Source: Deltaproteobacteria bacterium
Lineage (GTDB): Bacteria > Myxococcota_A > UBA9160 > SMWR01
NCBI GenBank assembly: GCA_032128115.1
Contig: JAQBHB010000031.1
Span: 1-64,000 of the forward strand
DNA length: 64,000 bases
Direction of reading: 5' to 3'
Part shown: positions 28,413 to 37,279 of the stretch, one piece after another
How positions within the stretch are numbered: the first letter of the stretch is position 1
Layout of the letters: each line of letters opens with the position of its first letter
Translations under genes and position numbers: made by a program
The notes under the pieces: generated by a model
What the model was told of the DNA's origin: nothing
Seen by the model: only the letters and a program-made list of their open reading frames with translations
Database searches by the model: none

Positions 28413-29795
28413 CTAGTCGCGATCGGGGTCCGACGAGGCCCTTCCCTCCACGGAGTCCGGATCCTCGAGCCTCAGACGCAGGCGTTGCACGCGGCGACGG
28501 CTCGCATCGAGCACCGTCGCCTGGTAGGGACCTACCTGGGTGCTGTCGCCCTTCCTGGGAAGCCGCCCCAATCGGGCCGTCACGTGGCCTCCGATCGTGT
28601 CCTCTCCCTCGTCCTCTTCCTCGGCGAGTTCGAGATCCAGCCGATCGCACAGCTCCGGAAGCGACATTCGACCCGAGATCTCCCAGACTCCGCCTCCCGT
28701 GGCCCGGAGGAGCTGCTCGGGGTCGTCGAACTCGTCGCCGAGCGGACCGACGATCTCTTCGAGGGCGTCCTCCCGGAAGGCCAGGCCGATACTGGTTCCA
28801 CGCTCGTCGAGGACGATCGCACAATGACCTTGCTTCGCCTGCAGCTCGAGCAGGAAGTTCGAGAGCGACATCGTGTCGGGCACGAAGATCGGCTCGTGGG
28901 CCAACGTGCGCAGGTCCACGGCGCCGCACTCCAGTGCCCGATCCATCGCATCCTTGGCGTGAACGACCCCGACGACCGAGTCGAGACCAACCTCGCAGAG
29001 CGGCAGCCGGCTGTGCTTCGAATCCCGAATCCGCCGGAGATTTTCCTCCGGCGTCTTCTCGAGCGAGACGAAGTCGACGTCGACGCGCGGGACGAGCAGG
29101 TGACGGACCTCCATCGAGATCATCCGGAAGACGTTCTCCGTGAGCTCGTACTCGTGCTCTGGGATGTGGCCCGAACGCGCCGCGAGCGACAGGATCCTCC
29201 GGATCTCGTCGGCCGTGTGGGGCTCGTGAAGGGCACTCACGGGCAATCCCGCGACGCGCACCATCCAGTTCGAGATCCCGTTCACACTCGCAATGATGGG
29301 CCCGAAGACGAGGGCGAAGGCGCGGAGGGCGAAGGAAGTCTGCAGGGAAGTCGCTTCGGCGCGGCGCAACGCCCACATCTTCGGCGCCTGTTCACCGAGC
29401 GTCATGTGCAGCAGCGTGAGGACGACGAACGCAAGAGCGATCGAAGTGACGGGAAGCCACGGATTCTCGGGGCTTATTGCGATGCCCATCGCGCCGACGG
29501 TCGCGACCAACAAGACCGAGACCACCGGCTCGCCGAGCGCGCCCAGGATCAGGCTCGCCAGCGTGATTCCGAGCTGACAGGCCGAGAGGTACCGATCGAG
29601 GTGGAGCAGGATGTGTTTCACCGACCCGGCCCGCCTTCCACCCGCGGCGGCGAGTTCGTCGATGCGCGACGATCGCACCTTCAGCAGCGCGAACTCCGTG
29701 GCGACGAAGAATCCGTTCATCAGCACGAAGAAGAGCGTCGCGCCGAGCCGCCAGGCAATGCCCAGCGCGTCGATCGATGTGGGTTCGGCCTCCAT
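28413..29795 (-). CDS. hemolysin-family CNNM/CBS-pair/CorC protein (Mg2+ or metal export)
   Basis: NGFFVATEFAL, YLSACQLGITLASL, GEQAPK, HSRLP, EDALEEIVG...DEFD. Confidence 0.92.
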   Translation of the reverse strand: MEAEPTSIDALGIAWRLGATLFFVLMNGFFVATEFALLKVRSSRIDELAAAGGRRAGSVKHILLHLDRYLSACQLGITLASLILGALGEPVVSVLLVATVGAMGIAISPENPWLPVTSIALAFVVLTLLHMTLGEQAPKMWALRRAEATSLQTSFALRAFALVFGPIIASVNGISNWMVRVAGLPVSALHEPHTADEIRRILSLAARSGHIPEHEYELTENVFRMISMEVRHLLVPRVDVDFVSLEKTPEENLRRIRDSKHSRLPLCEVGLDSVVGVVHAKDAMDRALECGAVDLRTLAHEPIFVPDTMSLSNFLLELQAKQGHCAIVLDERGTSIGLAFREDALEEIVGPLGDEFDDPEQLLRATGGGVWEISGRMSLPELCDRLDLELAEEEDEGEDTIGGHVTARLGRLPRKGDSTQVGPYQATVLDASRRRVQRLRLRLEDPDSVEGRASSDPDRD

Positions 29796-29852
29796 TACGC
29801 GACCTCAGCACCCGATGTCATGCTGTCGAACCGCCTCCCCTCGTCCACCGGT

Positions 29853-31055
29853 TCACCGGCTCTTTCCTCCGGACGACTCGCCCGATTCCGGTGGCGGAGT
29901 CTTGCTCTCCCGCACGACCAGCTTCACCCGGTCTGGCTCGACGCCGCGCACCTCGACGCCCTCGGGGTGGTGGACGTTCGCCGGGACGACGGAGAAGCTC
30001 CTTCGCCCCAGCTCGACCAGGGTCGCGTCGACCCGAACCACGAGCGCCTCGGGGCCGAGCAGGTAGAGGTCACGCCGGCGGCCGGCAAGCGCCACCCGCA
30101 CTGTCTCCGGCTCGACGCTCTCGATCTCGTAGGCCTGCGGCAGGCCGCTCACCGAAACGCGCACCTCGCGCTCGAGCTCGACGACTGTTGCACCGGGAAT
30201 GGCGAGAAACCAGAGGAGGCCCGCGATCGGCAGTGCGAGGAGGCCCTCGCGCCACTGGTGGAGCAGCTGCTTGACCCGGGCAGGGCGCTCGGCCGTGGCG
30301 GGTGCGAGGCGATGGAAGAAGCTGCGGATCTCGCCAGCGACCTCCTGCGGCGCCCTGAGCGTTCGGATGCGTCCGGCCTCCGCGATCGAGACGGTGCCCC
30401 GCTCCTCGGAGACTGCGATGCAGAGCGCATCGGTCCTCTCGGCCAGACCGAGTGCGGCTGCGTGCCGCGTGCCGCGCTGACCGAGCTGGGTATGGTCGGC
30501 GGAGAGCGGCAGATGCACGGCGAAGCGCATGGCCCGGTCGCCCGCCACGATGATGGCCCCATCGTGGCCGGGCGAGTGGGGGTCGAAGAGTGAGAGCAGC
30601 AGGGGCTCGGTGATGTCCGCATGGAGGGGCAGGCCTCCCTCCACGTGACCATCCACGGCCTCTCGGCCCGGCAGTACGATCAGGGCGCCGTGATGTTGCT
30701 CGGCGAGCTTCACGATGGCGCGAACGAGGGTGTCGATGGCGTCGGTGCTTGCCGGGAGGAGCCTGCGGCGAAGGCCAAGAGCCGCGATCTGCTCGAAGAG
30801 CCGCCGCAGGTCCTGCTGGAAGACCACGACGGCAACGAGCACGGCCACAGCGGCGAAGCTCTGGAGGACCCAGGTCGTCAGCACCAGGCCGACCTGCCGC
30901 GCGATCAGATAGAAAGTGACCAGGATCCCGAGGCCCGCGAGGGCGAGGCGAGCAGAGGTCGCCCGCAGCCATGCGATTCCGGCCCAGACCATGGCCCACA
31001 CGACGACCAGGTCGATCAGCTCGGCGAAGCGGACCGAGAGGAGGGCCTCGATCAT
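29853..31055 (-). CDS. dacA: membrane diadenylate cyclase (DAC) fused to a YbbR-like domain
   Basis: Three N-terminal TM helices, VVFQQDLRR, HDGA, GTRHAAA, VSEERG; extra TM helix then P..V.V...G YbbR-like segment. Confidence 0.88.
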   Translation of the reverse strand: MIEALLSVRFAELIDLVVVWAMVWAGIAWLRATSARLALAGLGILVTFYLIARQVGLVLTTWVLQSFAAVAVLVAVVVFQQDLRRLFEQIAALGLRRRLLPASTDAIDTLVRAIVKLAEQHHGALIVLPGREAVDGHVEGGLPLHADITEPLLLSLFDPHSPGHDGAIIVAGDRAMRFAVHLPLSADHTQLGQRGTRHAAALGLAERTDALCIAVSEERGTVSIAEAGRIRTLRAPQEVAGEIRSFFHRLAPATAERPARVKQLLHQWREGLLALPIAGLLWFLAIPGATVVELEREVRVSVSGLPQAYEIESVEPETVRVALAGRRRDLYLLGPEALVVRVDATLVELGRRSFSVVPANVHHPEGVEVRGVEPDRVKLVVRESKTPPPESGESSGGKSR

Positions 31056-31098
31056 GAGCCCGGCCGCCGTGCTGGGACGAAACGGAGCGCTCTCACGT

Positions 31099-31452
31099 TC
31101 ATGCGGGCTCGGGGCCGGATCGACGCGCCAGCTGGGCGACCAGCTGGCGGGCCAGCTCGCGGTCCGCGGTCGTCAGGCGCTCGAAGTCCTTGAAGAGGGG
31201 CTCGTCGGGCGAGGGCAGCGGCGCGGGGCTCTCGGATCGGCCCACCAGATAGTCGGTCGTGACCTCCAACGCCTCTGCGAGTCCCTTGAGATTCCGCAGG
31301 GACGGCCGTCGCGCACCGCTCTCGTAAAGGGATACGGCGGCCTGCTGCAGCCGGGCCCGCACCGCGAGGTCTACCTGGCTGAGCTTCCGCATCTCCCGCG
31401 CGGCGCGCAGCCGCCGGGGGAAGATTCCGAGGGGTTTGATCGACTCTTGCAT
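31099..31452 (-). CDS. XRE-family HTH regulator
   Basis: RLRAARE..LSQ.DLA...AVSLYESG.RRP...LAEALEVTTDYL. Confidence 0.9.
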   Translation of the reverse strand: MQESIKPLGIFPRRLRAAREMRKLSQVDLAVRARLQQAAVSLYESGARRPSLRNLKGLAEALEVTTDYLVGRSESPAPLPSPDEPLFKDFERLTTADRELARQLVAQLARRSGPEPA

Positions 31453-31466
31453 GGTGTAAGTGTAAT

Positions 31467-31495
31467 ATAGTAAGCTACGAGTTCATAATAATCAA
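31467..31495 (-). promoter_or_regulatory. sigma70-type promoter of the XRE gene
   Basis: TTGATT-17 bp-TACTAT on the minus strand. Confidence 0.6.
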
Positions 31496-31696
31496 GAAGC
31501 CCCCGAGGAGCTGCGAGTCCCTCCATGCAGGACTCGAGGGATGGAACCGCGGTTCGTCGAGGTCGCGGAGGGCCAGGAACCGGTCGGGGGAGATCCCTCC
31601 ATCGACAGGCCGGTGCCACCCAAGTGGCACGCATCTCACAGGTTTTGGGATGGGCGCGGCCCCGGAACCGCCCCCCGAAGGCCTGGTTGATTTGAA

Positions 31697-31724
31697 TTGA
31701 CTGACTTATTCAGTCAGTTATAGT
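31697..31724 (+). promoter_or_regulatory. TetR promoter with overlapping palindromic operator
   Basis: TTGACT-16 bp-TATAGT; ACTGACT-N5-AGTCAGT at 31700-31718; ATG 6 nt after the -10. Confidence 0.75.
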
Positions 31725-31730
31725 ATCTCC

Positions 31731-32435
31731 ATGCCGCCGCGGATCATCCCCGAAAGCCGCCTGCAGGATCTGCTCGACTGCGCGACACGGGTCTTCATCG
31801 AGCAGGGCTACCGGCGCACCCAGATCGCCCATGTGGCCGAGGCCCTGGGGGTCGCCAAGGGAACCGTCTACCTCTACGTCGAGAGCAAGCAGGCGCTGTT
31901 CGAGACCGCCCTGCGCTACGCCGACCGCAAGGCGCCCCTGGCTTCCGAGATCGAGCTCCCGCTGCGCGCCTCCGGCCCGCGTGAGCTGTCCCGCGAGCTT
32001 CGCAAGCAGCTCGCGGGGGTGGTGCTTCCCTCTGCGCTCGCCCAGGCGCTGGAGAAACGGCGCGTGTCGGACCCGCGGGAAGAGCTCGAGCGGATCGTGC
32101 GACAGCTCTACGGAATCTCGTATCGCCACCGCAGGGCCATCAAACTGATCGACCGCTGCGGTCGCGATCACCCCGAACTCGCGAAGGCGTTCTACAGCGG
32201 CGGCCGCTTCGCCCAGCTCGACGCACTGAGCCGCTATCTCGACGCCAGGATCCGCGCTCGCATGCTCGCGCCGGTGCCCGACGTGGCCGTCGCCGCGCGT
32301 TTCGTGATCGAATCCGTCGCCATCTGGGCCGTGCACATCCACTGGGATCCCTCCCCTCAGCCCATCGAGCCCGGGGCCGCCGAGGAGACGGTGGTACAGC
32401 TGGTGGTCCGCGCCCTCGCGGGAGGCGCGCCGTGA
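31731..32435 (+). CDS. TetR/AcrR-family regulator
   Basis: FIEQGYRRTQIAHVAEALGVAKGTVYLY..SK..LF. Confidence 0.93.
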   Translation: MPPRIIPESRLQDLLDCATRVFIEQGYRRTQIAHVAEALGVAKGTVYLYVESKQALFETALRYADRKAPLASEIELPLRASGPRELSRELRKQLAGVVLPSALAQALEKRRVSDPREELERIVRQLYGISYRHRRAIKLIDRCGRDHPELAKAFYSGGRFAQLDALSRYLDARIRARMLAPVPDVAVAARFVIESVAIWAVHIHWDPSPQPIEPGAAEETVVQLVVRALAGGAP

Positions 32436-32488
32436 AGCTCCCGGGCAGCATGCAATTTCCTGATCGTTCTCCCCAACGGAGGTATGCC

Positions 32489-32908
32489 ATGACCCGACTC
32501 CTCGTGATTTCAACGCTTCTGTTGTCTCTGGGATTCGGAGCGTGTCGCGCCGATCTCAGCGATCTGCAGGTAATCGAAGTGAAAGATCTGGCGGCCTGGA
32601 GCGCCGAGGGCAGCGACCTCACGATCTGCGATGCCAACAGCGACGACACCCGGCGCCGCTTTGGCGTGATCCCCGGGGCGGTTCTGCTCTCGAGCTACCG
32701 CGACTACGACACGGCCACCGAGCTGCCCGCCGACAAGTCCGACCGTCTCGTCTTCTACTGCCACAGCGAGATGTGCGGCGCGGCCGGCGACGCGGCGCGC
32801 AAGGCGGTTGCCGCCGGTTACCGCAACGTCTGGGTCATGGCAGCGGGAATCAAGGGATGGGCCGATTCGGGAAGGCTGGTCGTTCCGGGGCCGGAGACCT
32901 CGTCATGA
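32489..32908 (+). CDS. rhodanese-like lipoprotein
   Basis: GGAGG RBS; GFGAC lipobox; IPGA, VFYC, AGIKGW. Confidence 0.85.
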   Translation: MTRLLVISTLLLSLGFGACRADLSDLQVIEVKDLAAWSAEGSDLTICDANSDDTRRRFGVIPGAVLLSSYRDYDTATELPADKSDRLVFYCHSEMCGAAGDAARKAVAAGYRNVWVMAAGIKGWADSGRLVVPGPETSS

Positions 32909-33528
32909 GGTGGATCGCGCTGGCGCTTCCGCTTTGCTTCGCGATCGGCTGTCAGGGGGTCGGGAAGCTCGACCTCCTGGCCGGCGGCCGCGACCGATGG
33001 CAACGACCCGACGACGTGATGAAGGCCCTGGAGCTCGAAAAGGGCGACCGGGTCGCCGACCTGGGCGCTGGCGACGGCTACTTCGTGCGCCACCTGGCGG
33101 ATGCGGTGGGTCCAACGGGCGAGGTCTACGCCGTCGACGTGGACGAGGAGATCGTAGCGGAGCTCAGCAAGAGTTTCGCAACCGAATCCGGCAACGTGAC
33201 CGCGGTGCTTGGGAAGTACGAAGACCCCATGCTTCCCGACGGCTCGATCGACGTGGTCCTGATCGTGAACACCTATCACCACATCGAGGACCGACCCGCC
33301 TACTTTCGCCGGCTCCGGAACGACCTGCGGCCGGGCGGCCGCGTGGCGGTGATCGAGCCCAACGAGGACCTCGGCGGGATCCTGAGCCTCGCCCTCGACG
33401 AGGGACACAAGAGCTCCGCATCCAGCGTCGAAGAAGAGATGCTCGAGGCCGGCTATCGCGTGGAGGCGCGCCACGAGTTCCTGCCCGTGCAGATCTTCCG
33501 CATCTTCTCGCCCGACGATGCGGGCTGA
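32905..33528 (+). CDS. class I SAM-dependent methyltransferase with lipoprotein-like signal
   Basis: FAIGC; RDRWQRP, VADLGAGDGYF, VNTYHH, LRPGG; ATGA overlap. Confidence 0.88.
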   Translation: MRWIALALPLCFAIGCQGVGKLDLLAGGRDRWQRPDDVMKALELEKGDRVADLGAGDGYFVRHLADAVGPTGEVYAVDVDEEIVAELSKSFATESGNVTAVLGKYEDPMLPDGSIDVVLIVNTYHHIEDRPAYFRRLRNDLRPGGRVAVIEPNEDLGGILSLALDEGHKSSASSVEEEMLEAGYRVEARHEFLPVQIFRIFSPDDAG

Positions 33529-33544
33529 GGCCGACCTCGGTGTC

Positions 33545-33821
33545 GCGGCGGTGGTGAACGGACCCTTCGTCGCCTAGCGCTTCGGCTTCGATCGAGGCTT
33601 CGACTCCTTTCACTACGTGGACCCGAAGCAGGTAGCCGACCACCAGCGACAGGCGATGGCAACCTGCGAGCCCTGAAGGCTGAGCTGAAGGCGGGAAAGC
33701 GCCAGCTCGACGCCGTAACGTGATCACCGCGGATCACGGGGAGGAGTTCCTCGAGCACGGCGACCTGACTCGTGACCCCGAGGAGCGCGAGCAGCTGCGC
33801 CGTCTGGGCTATCTGGACTGA
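33545..33821 (+). pseudogene. collapsed sulfatase-like gene relic
   Basis: Consecutive motif fragments FGFDRGFD, HYVDP, ITADHGEEFLEHG, EQLRRLGYLD* within about 280 bp, with stops and frameshifts. Confidence 0.7.
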
Positions 33822-33882
33822 GGGGCGCGGGCGGGTCCGCCGCATGCCACCGCGGCGACCGCCGGGAACCCGGCTTCCCCGG

Positions 33883-34341
33883 CTATCGGTGGCTGGGGTT
33901 CTCAGAGACCGGGCTCGGGTCGCGGATGCGAAGCACGGCCTTTACCGACTCGTCCACGAGGTCTGACGCGATGTATCCGATGGCGAGACGCTCGCTGGCC
34001 ACGAATCTCTTCACGGCCTCGTCGGAAGCGAGGGTGGCGGGCGGCAGCACCCCCTCGAAGTATTGGCGATTCCAATAGACTTCGAGGCGACGGGAGTCGT
34101 CACCGAAGACCTGGCGAACGAACAGCTCGCGCGCGGCGCTCACCGAATTTCGATTCACCGGAACGATGGGCTCCCCGTTCTCCCAGAAGCGACGGCGCTT
34201 GAGGTAGATCTGGGCGAGCTCCGTCCGGGTCAGCTGCAGATTCCGGTCGGCGTGTACGATCACGACGAGATCCTCTGCAATCGCCGGGGAGACAGCCACG
34301 GTCGTTGCCAGAAGCGCGATCAAGGAGCTGTGCCGAAGCAT
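33883..34341 (-). CDS. small periplasmic PBP2/PstS-like binding protein
   Basis: Signal peptide; LVVIVH, L..IYL, YW...F.G..PP, V..FVA....AIGY. Confidence 0.8.
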   Translation of the reverse strand: MLRHSSLIALLATTVAVSPAIAEDLVVIVHADRNLQLTRTELAQIYLKRRRFWENGEPIVPVNRNSVSAARELFVRQVFGDDSRRLEVYWNRQYFEGVLPPATLASDEAVKRFVASERLAIGYIASDLVDESVKAVLRIRDPSPVSENPSHR

Positions 34342-35460
34342 TCAGAACAGCACCGATATGGAGGAGAAGAAGCCGCGGTTTACGAAGTCGCTCCGCTGAT
34401 CCGTGAACTGGTAGCCGGCTTTGATGATGAGGAAGCGCGTTGGCGTCCAGGCCATCCCCAGGTTTCCGATGTGGGAGGCTGGCTCGGGCCCGGACGGATT
34501 GAAGTATTCGAAGCGCCCCACCAGATGCAGACCGCGTAGGGCCCGGGTGTGGTAGCCCAGGTGATAGACACCCTGGGTGTAGATATCCCAGAGGTTCCGG
34601 TCCGGGATGTCGCCCCGGACGATGGTCCACTCGCCCTGCAGCTCGACTGGCCCCTTCTGCCAGAAGGCGTCGAGCCCGGCGAGATAATTCCAGTCGCCGT
34701 CGAGCTCCGAGGCGAGAAAAGAAGAGCCGACCGCCCAGTCCCCTAGCGGATCGGCGTAGCGCAGGCGGCCGCCCGCGCTGCGATCGGCGGGGATGGGATC
34801 CTCGGACCGATCGAGGGCGTCCATCACCTGGCCGTAGACCCAGTAGTTCAGGGTGTTCGCGCCGTTGACTCCGCCGCCGCCGGCGTCGATGGAGCCAAAC
34901 AGCGAGAGCCCGGTCTGGTGCTCGTCGAAGGCGGTCTCCAGGAAGATCGGGTCGTTGGCGGTCCACGTGAACGGCTCCGCTGGAATCATGTTCCAGATGC
35001 CGACAGGGGTCTGGAACTTTCCAAAGCGCAGGTTGAGGGGGTCGCCGAGGCTCAGATCCGCGAAGAGCCTCTCCACCACCAGGGATACATCCGAATCGGT
35101 ACCCCCGCTGGAGAGGTTCCAGGCGAAGAGGTTCCCCAACTCGAGGTCGGCGAAGGCCCGGAAGAATTCGAACGGCTCCCAGGCCACCAGGAAATTGATG
35201 CTGTCGAGCTCGAGCATTCCCGGCTCGCCTTGCAGCTTGTCGATCTCGAGGGTCGAGAAGCCACCGATGTGGAGACCGGTGCGGCCTAGACTGAGGCCCC
35301 GGCCGAGCACATAATCGATGGAGCCGACGGGACTCCCGATGCTGAAGAAGGGATCGTCGGGAGTCGGGGTCGGTTCGAGCGAGGCCGGTGGCTCTGCCCG
35401 CGCGACTGAGCCGATGGCAAGGCAACAGACGAGCGCCAGGCAACGGGCAAGCCGGAGCAT
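34342..35460 (-). CDS. outer-membrane beta-barrel porin-like protein
   Basis: Signal peptide (ARA/E); GKFQTPVGIWN; amphipathic strands; C-terminal ISVLF. Confidence 0.8.
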   Translation of the reverse strand: MLRLARCLALVCCLAIGSVARAEPPASLEPTPTPDDPFFSIGSPVGSIDYVLGRGLSLGRTGLHIGGFSTLEIDKLQGEPGMLELDSINFLVAWEPFEFFRAFADLELGNLFAWNLSSGGTDSDVSLVVERLFADLSLGDPLNLRFGKFQTPVGIWNMIPAEPFTWTANDPIFLETAFDEHQTGLSLFGSIDAGGGGVNGANTLNYWVYGQVMDALDRSEDPIPADRSAGGRLRYADPLGDWAVGSSFLASELDGDWNYLAGLDAFWQKGPVELQGEWTIVRGDIPDRNLWDIYTQGVYHLGYHTRALRGLHLVGRFEYFNPSGPEPASHIGNLGMAWTPTRFLIIKAGYQFTDQRSDFVNRGFFSSISVLF

Positions 35461-35491
35461 GAGCAACCCTAACACGCGACGGGGAACACGG

Positions 35492-37279
35492 GTGGCAGCT
35501 TTCGCTTCGACGTCATTGCGCACGAAGCTTCTCCTGTTTACCGCCGCGCTGGTGCTCGTGCCGGGAGTTCTGCTCGTGCTCATCGCCGAGCGAAGCAGCC
35601 GCGAATCACTCGAGGGTGTCATTGGACGCCAACTCGCCCGAGAGGCCGGCCATACCGCCCACCAGCTCTCGGCCGTGCTCCAAACGGTGCGAGAGACGCT
35701 GCGCAGCTTCGCGCGACAGGACCTCATGCGGGAGATCCGCGTCGCCGACATCGACAAGCGCGTGTCCATGGCCCTCACGACTCTCCGCGAGGGCAGCCCG
35801 GTCCGGACCGACTACCTGGTAGTGGATCCGGAACGCAGTGTCGTGGCGGCCAGCGATCCCAGCCTGATTGGAACCACACCGCCCTGGGTCGATGCCGGCT
35901 GGGCGAGCGCGGGCCCCGGCGAGAGCCTCGTGGGTCCCCTCCGTACCGAGGCGACACCCGTGCTCTTGATGACGACGCCGATCCCCGACCCCGACGATCC
36001 GCGTCGCACCCTCGCGACCCTCGTGGGAGTCTTCGACTGGACGCAGCTGACGCGCGTTACCGGGGCCGTCCGACGGGATCTCGCCGCCCAGGGCGTGGCG
36101 GCCCAGGTGCTCGTGAGCCGCGCCGACGGATCGGTGATCGGCGGGGCCCAGTCGACGGGGGACGCTGGCAACATCGCCCGGCCGCCCGACCTGTCGGAGG
36201 CCGCACAGGGCATGAACGGTGCGAGCCCGGACTACATCGTGGACGCCCGATCGGGGCTCATCATCGGGCGCGCGTCGCTGGACCCGGACCTCCCGGAATG
36301 GAAGCTGATGGTGGTCGAGCCGCGGGCCGATGCGCTCGCCCCGGCCCGGCGCTCGAGCCAGCGTCTCGCGGTGGGAATGGGGCTCGCCCTGGTAACGGCA
36401 CTCGGCCTCGCCACCCTCGCGGCACGGCGTGTGGTGCGACCCCTGAGCGAACTGACCGGTGCCATCCGCGAGCTCTCCAAGGGAGGCGCGAACGCACGCC
36501 CGGTCCCCGTTCGGACCGACGACGAGGTGGGCGTCCTGGCCGCCTCCTTCAACCAGATGGCCTCCGAGCTGGAACGGACCCAGCGCAACCTGGTCGAGGC
36601 GGAGAAGTTCGCTTTCGTGGGTGAGCTGGCCGCCGGCGTTGCTCACGAGATCCGCACGGCGCTGAACGTGCTCGGCAGCTCCACCCAGATCCTGGAGCGT
36701 TCGCTGCCCGCGGACGGCGATCCGGAGGCCGCCGAACTCGCGGAGATGATCCGGGCGGAAGTGGGACGGCTGGCCAACGTGGTGAACGATCTGCTGACCC
36801 TTTCGCGACCGCACCCGCTCTCCCTGGAATCCGGCCTGCTGTCCGAGCCCCTGTTCCGCGCGGCGGATTTCGTGGCTCCACAGGCCCGAGACAAGGAGAT
36901 TCGCATCGTGCGCACGGTCCCGGACGATGAGGTCAGCCTTCCGCGCGACTCGGAGCTGATCCACCAGGCGGCCGTCAATCTGCTCGTCAACGCGATCCAG
37001 GCGCTTGGGCACGGGGGTTGCATTGAAATCCGGGTGTTGGCGACGAAGGACGGACACGGAGGCTTCGAAGTGAGCGACGATGGACCGGGGATCCCCGGCG
37101 AGCTGCGAGATCGGATCTTCGACCCGTTCGTGACCGCGCGGGACGGGGGCGTCGGCCTCGGCCTGACCTTCGTGAAGCGCGTCGCTCACGACCACCACGG
37201 GAGCATCTCGGTGGAATCCGAGCCGGGCTCGGGAACCTGCTTCCGGATCCGACTCCCCATGCGGGATGCAAGCCGATGA
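35492..37279 (+). CDS. membrane sensor histidine kinase (periplasmic domain, HAMP, HisKA, HATPase)
   Basis: Two TM helices, DEVG.LA.SFNQM, GVAHEIR, NLLVNAIQA, DDGPGI, GVGLGL; start GTG 35492 or ATG 35459. Confidence 0.92.
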   Translation: MAAFASTSLRTKLLLFTAALVLVPGVLLVLIAERSSRESLEGVIGRQLAREAGHTAHQLSAVLQTVRETLRSFARQDLMREIRVADIDKRVSMALTTLREGSPVRTDYLVVDPERSVVAASDPSLIGTTPPWVDAGWASAGPGESLVGPLRTEATPVLLMTTPIPDPDDPRRTLATLVGVFDWTQLTRVTGAVRRDLAAQGVAAQVLVSRADGSVIGGAQSTGDAGNIARPPDLSEAAQGMNGASPDYIVDARSGLIIGRASLDPDLPEWKLMVVEPRADALAPARRSSQRLAVGMGLALVTALGLATLAARRVVRPLSELTGAIRELSKGGANARPVPVRTDDEVGVLAASFNQMASELERTQRNLVEAEKFAFVGELAAGVAHEIRTALNVLGSSTQILERSLPADGDPEAAELAEMIRAEVGRLANVVNDLLTLSRPHPLSLESGLLSEPLFRAADFVAPQARDKEIRIVRTVPDDEVSLPRDSELIHQAAVNLLVNAIQALGHGGCIEIRVLATKDGHGGFEVSDDGPGIPGELRDRIFDPFVTARDGGVGLGLTFVKRVAHDHHGSISVESEPGSGTCFRIRLPMRDASR

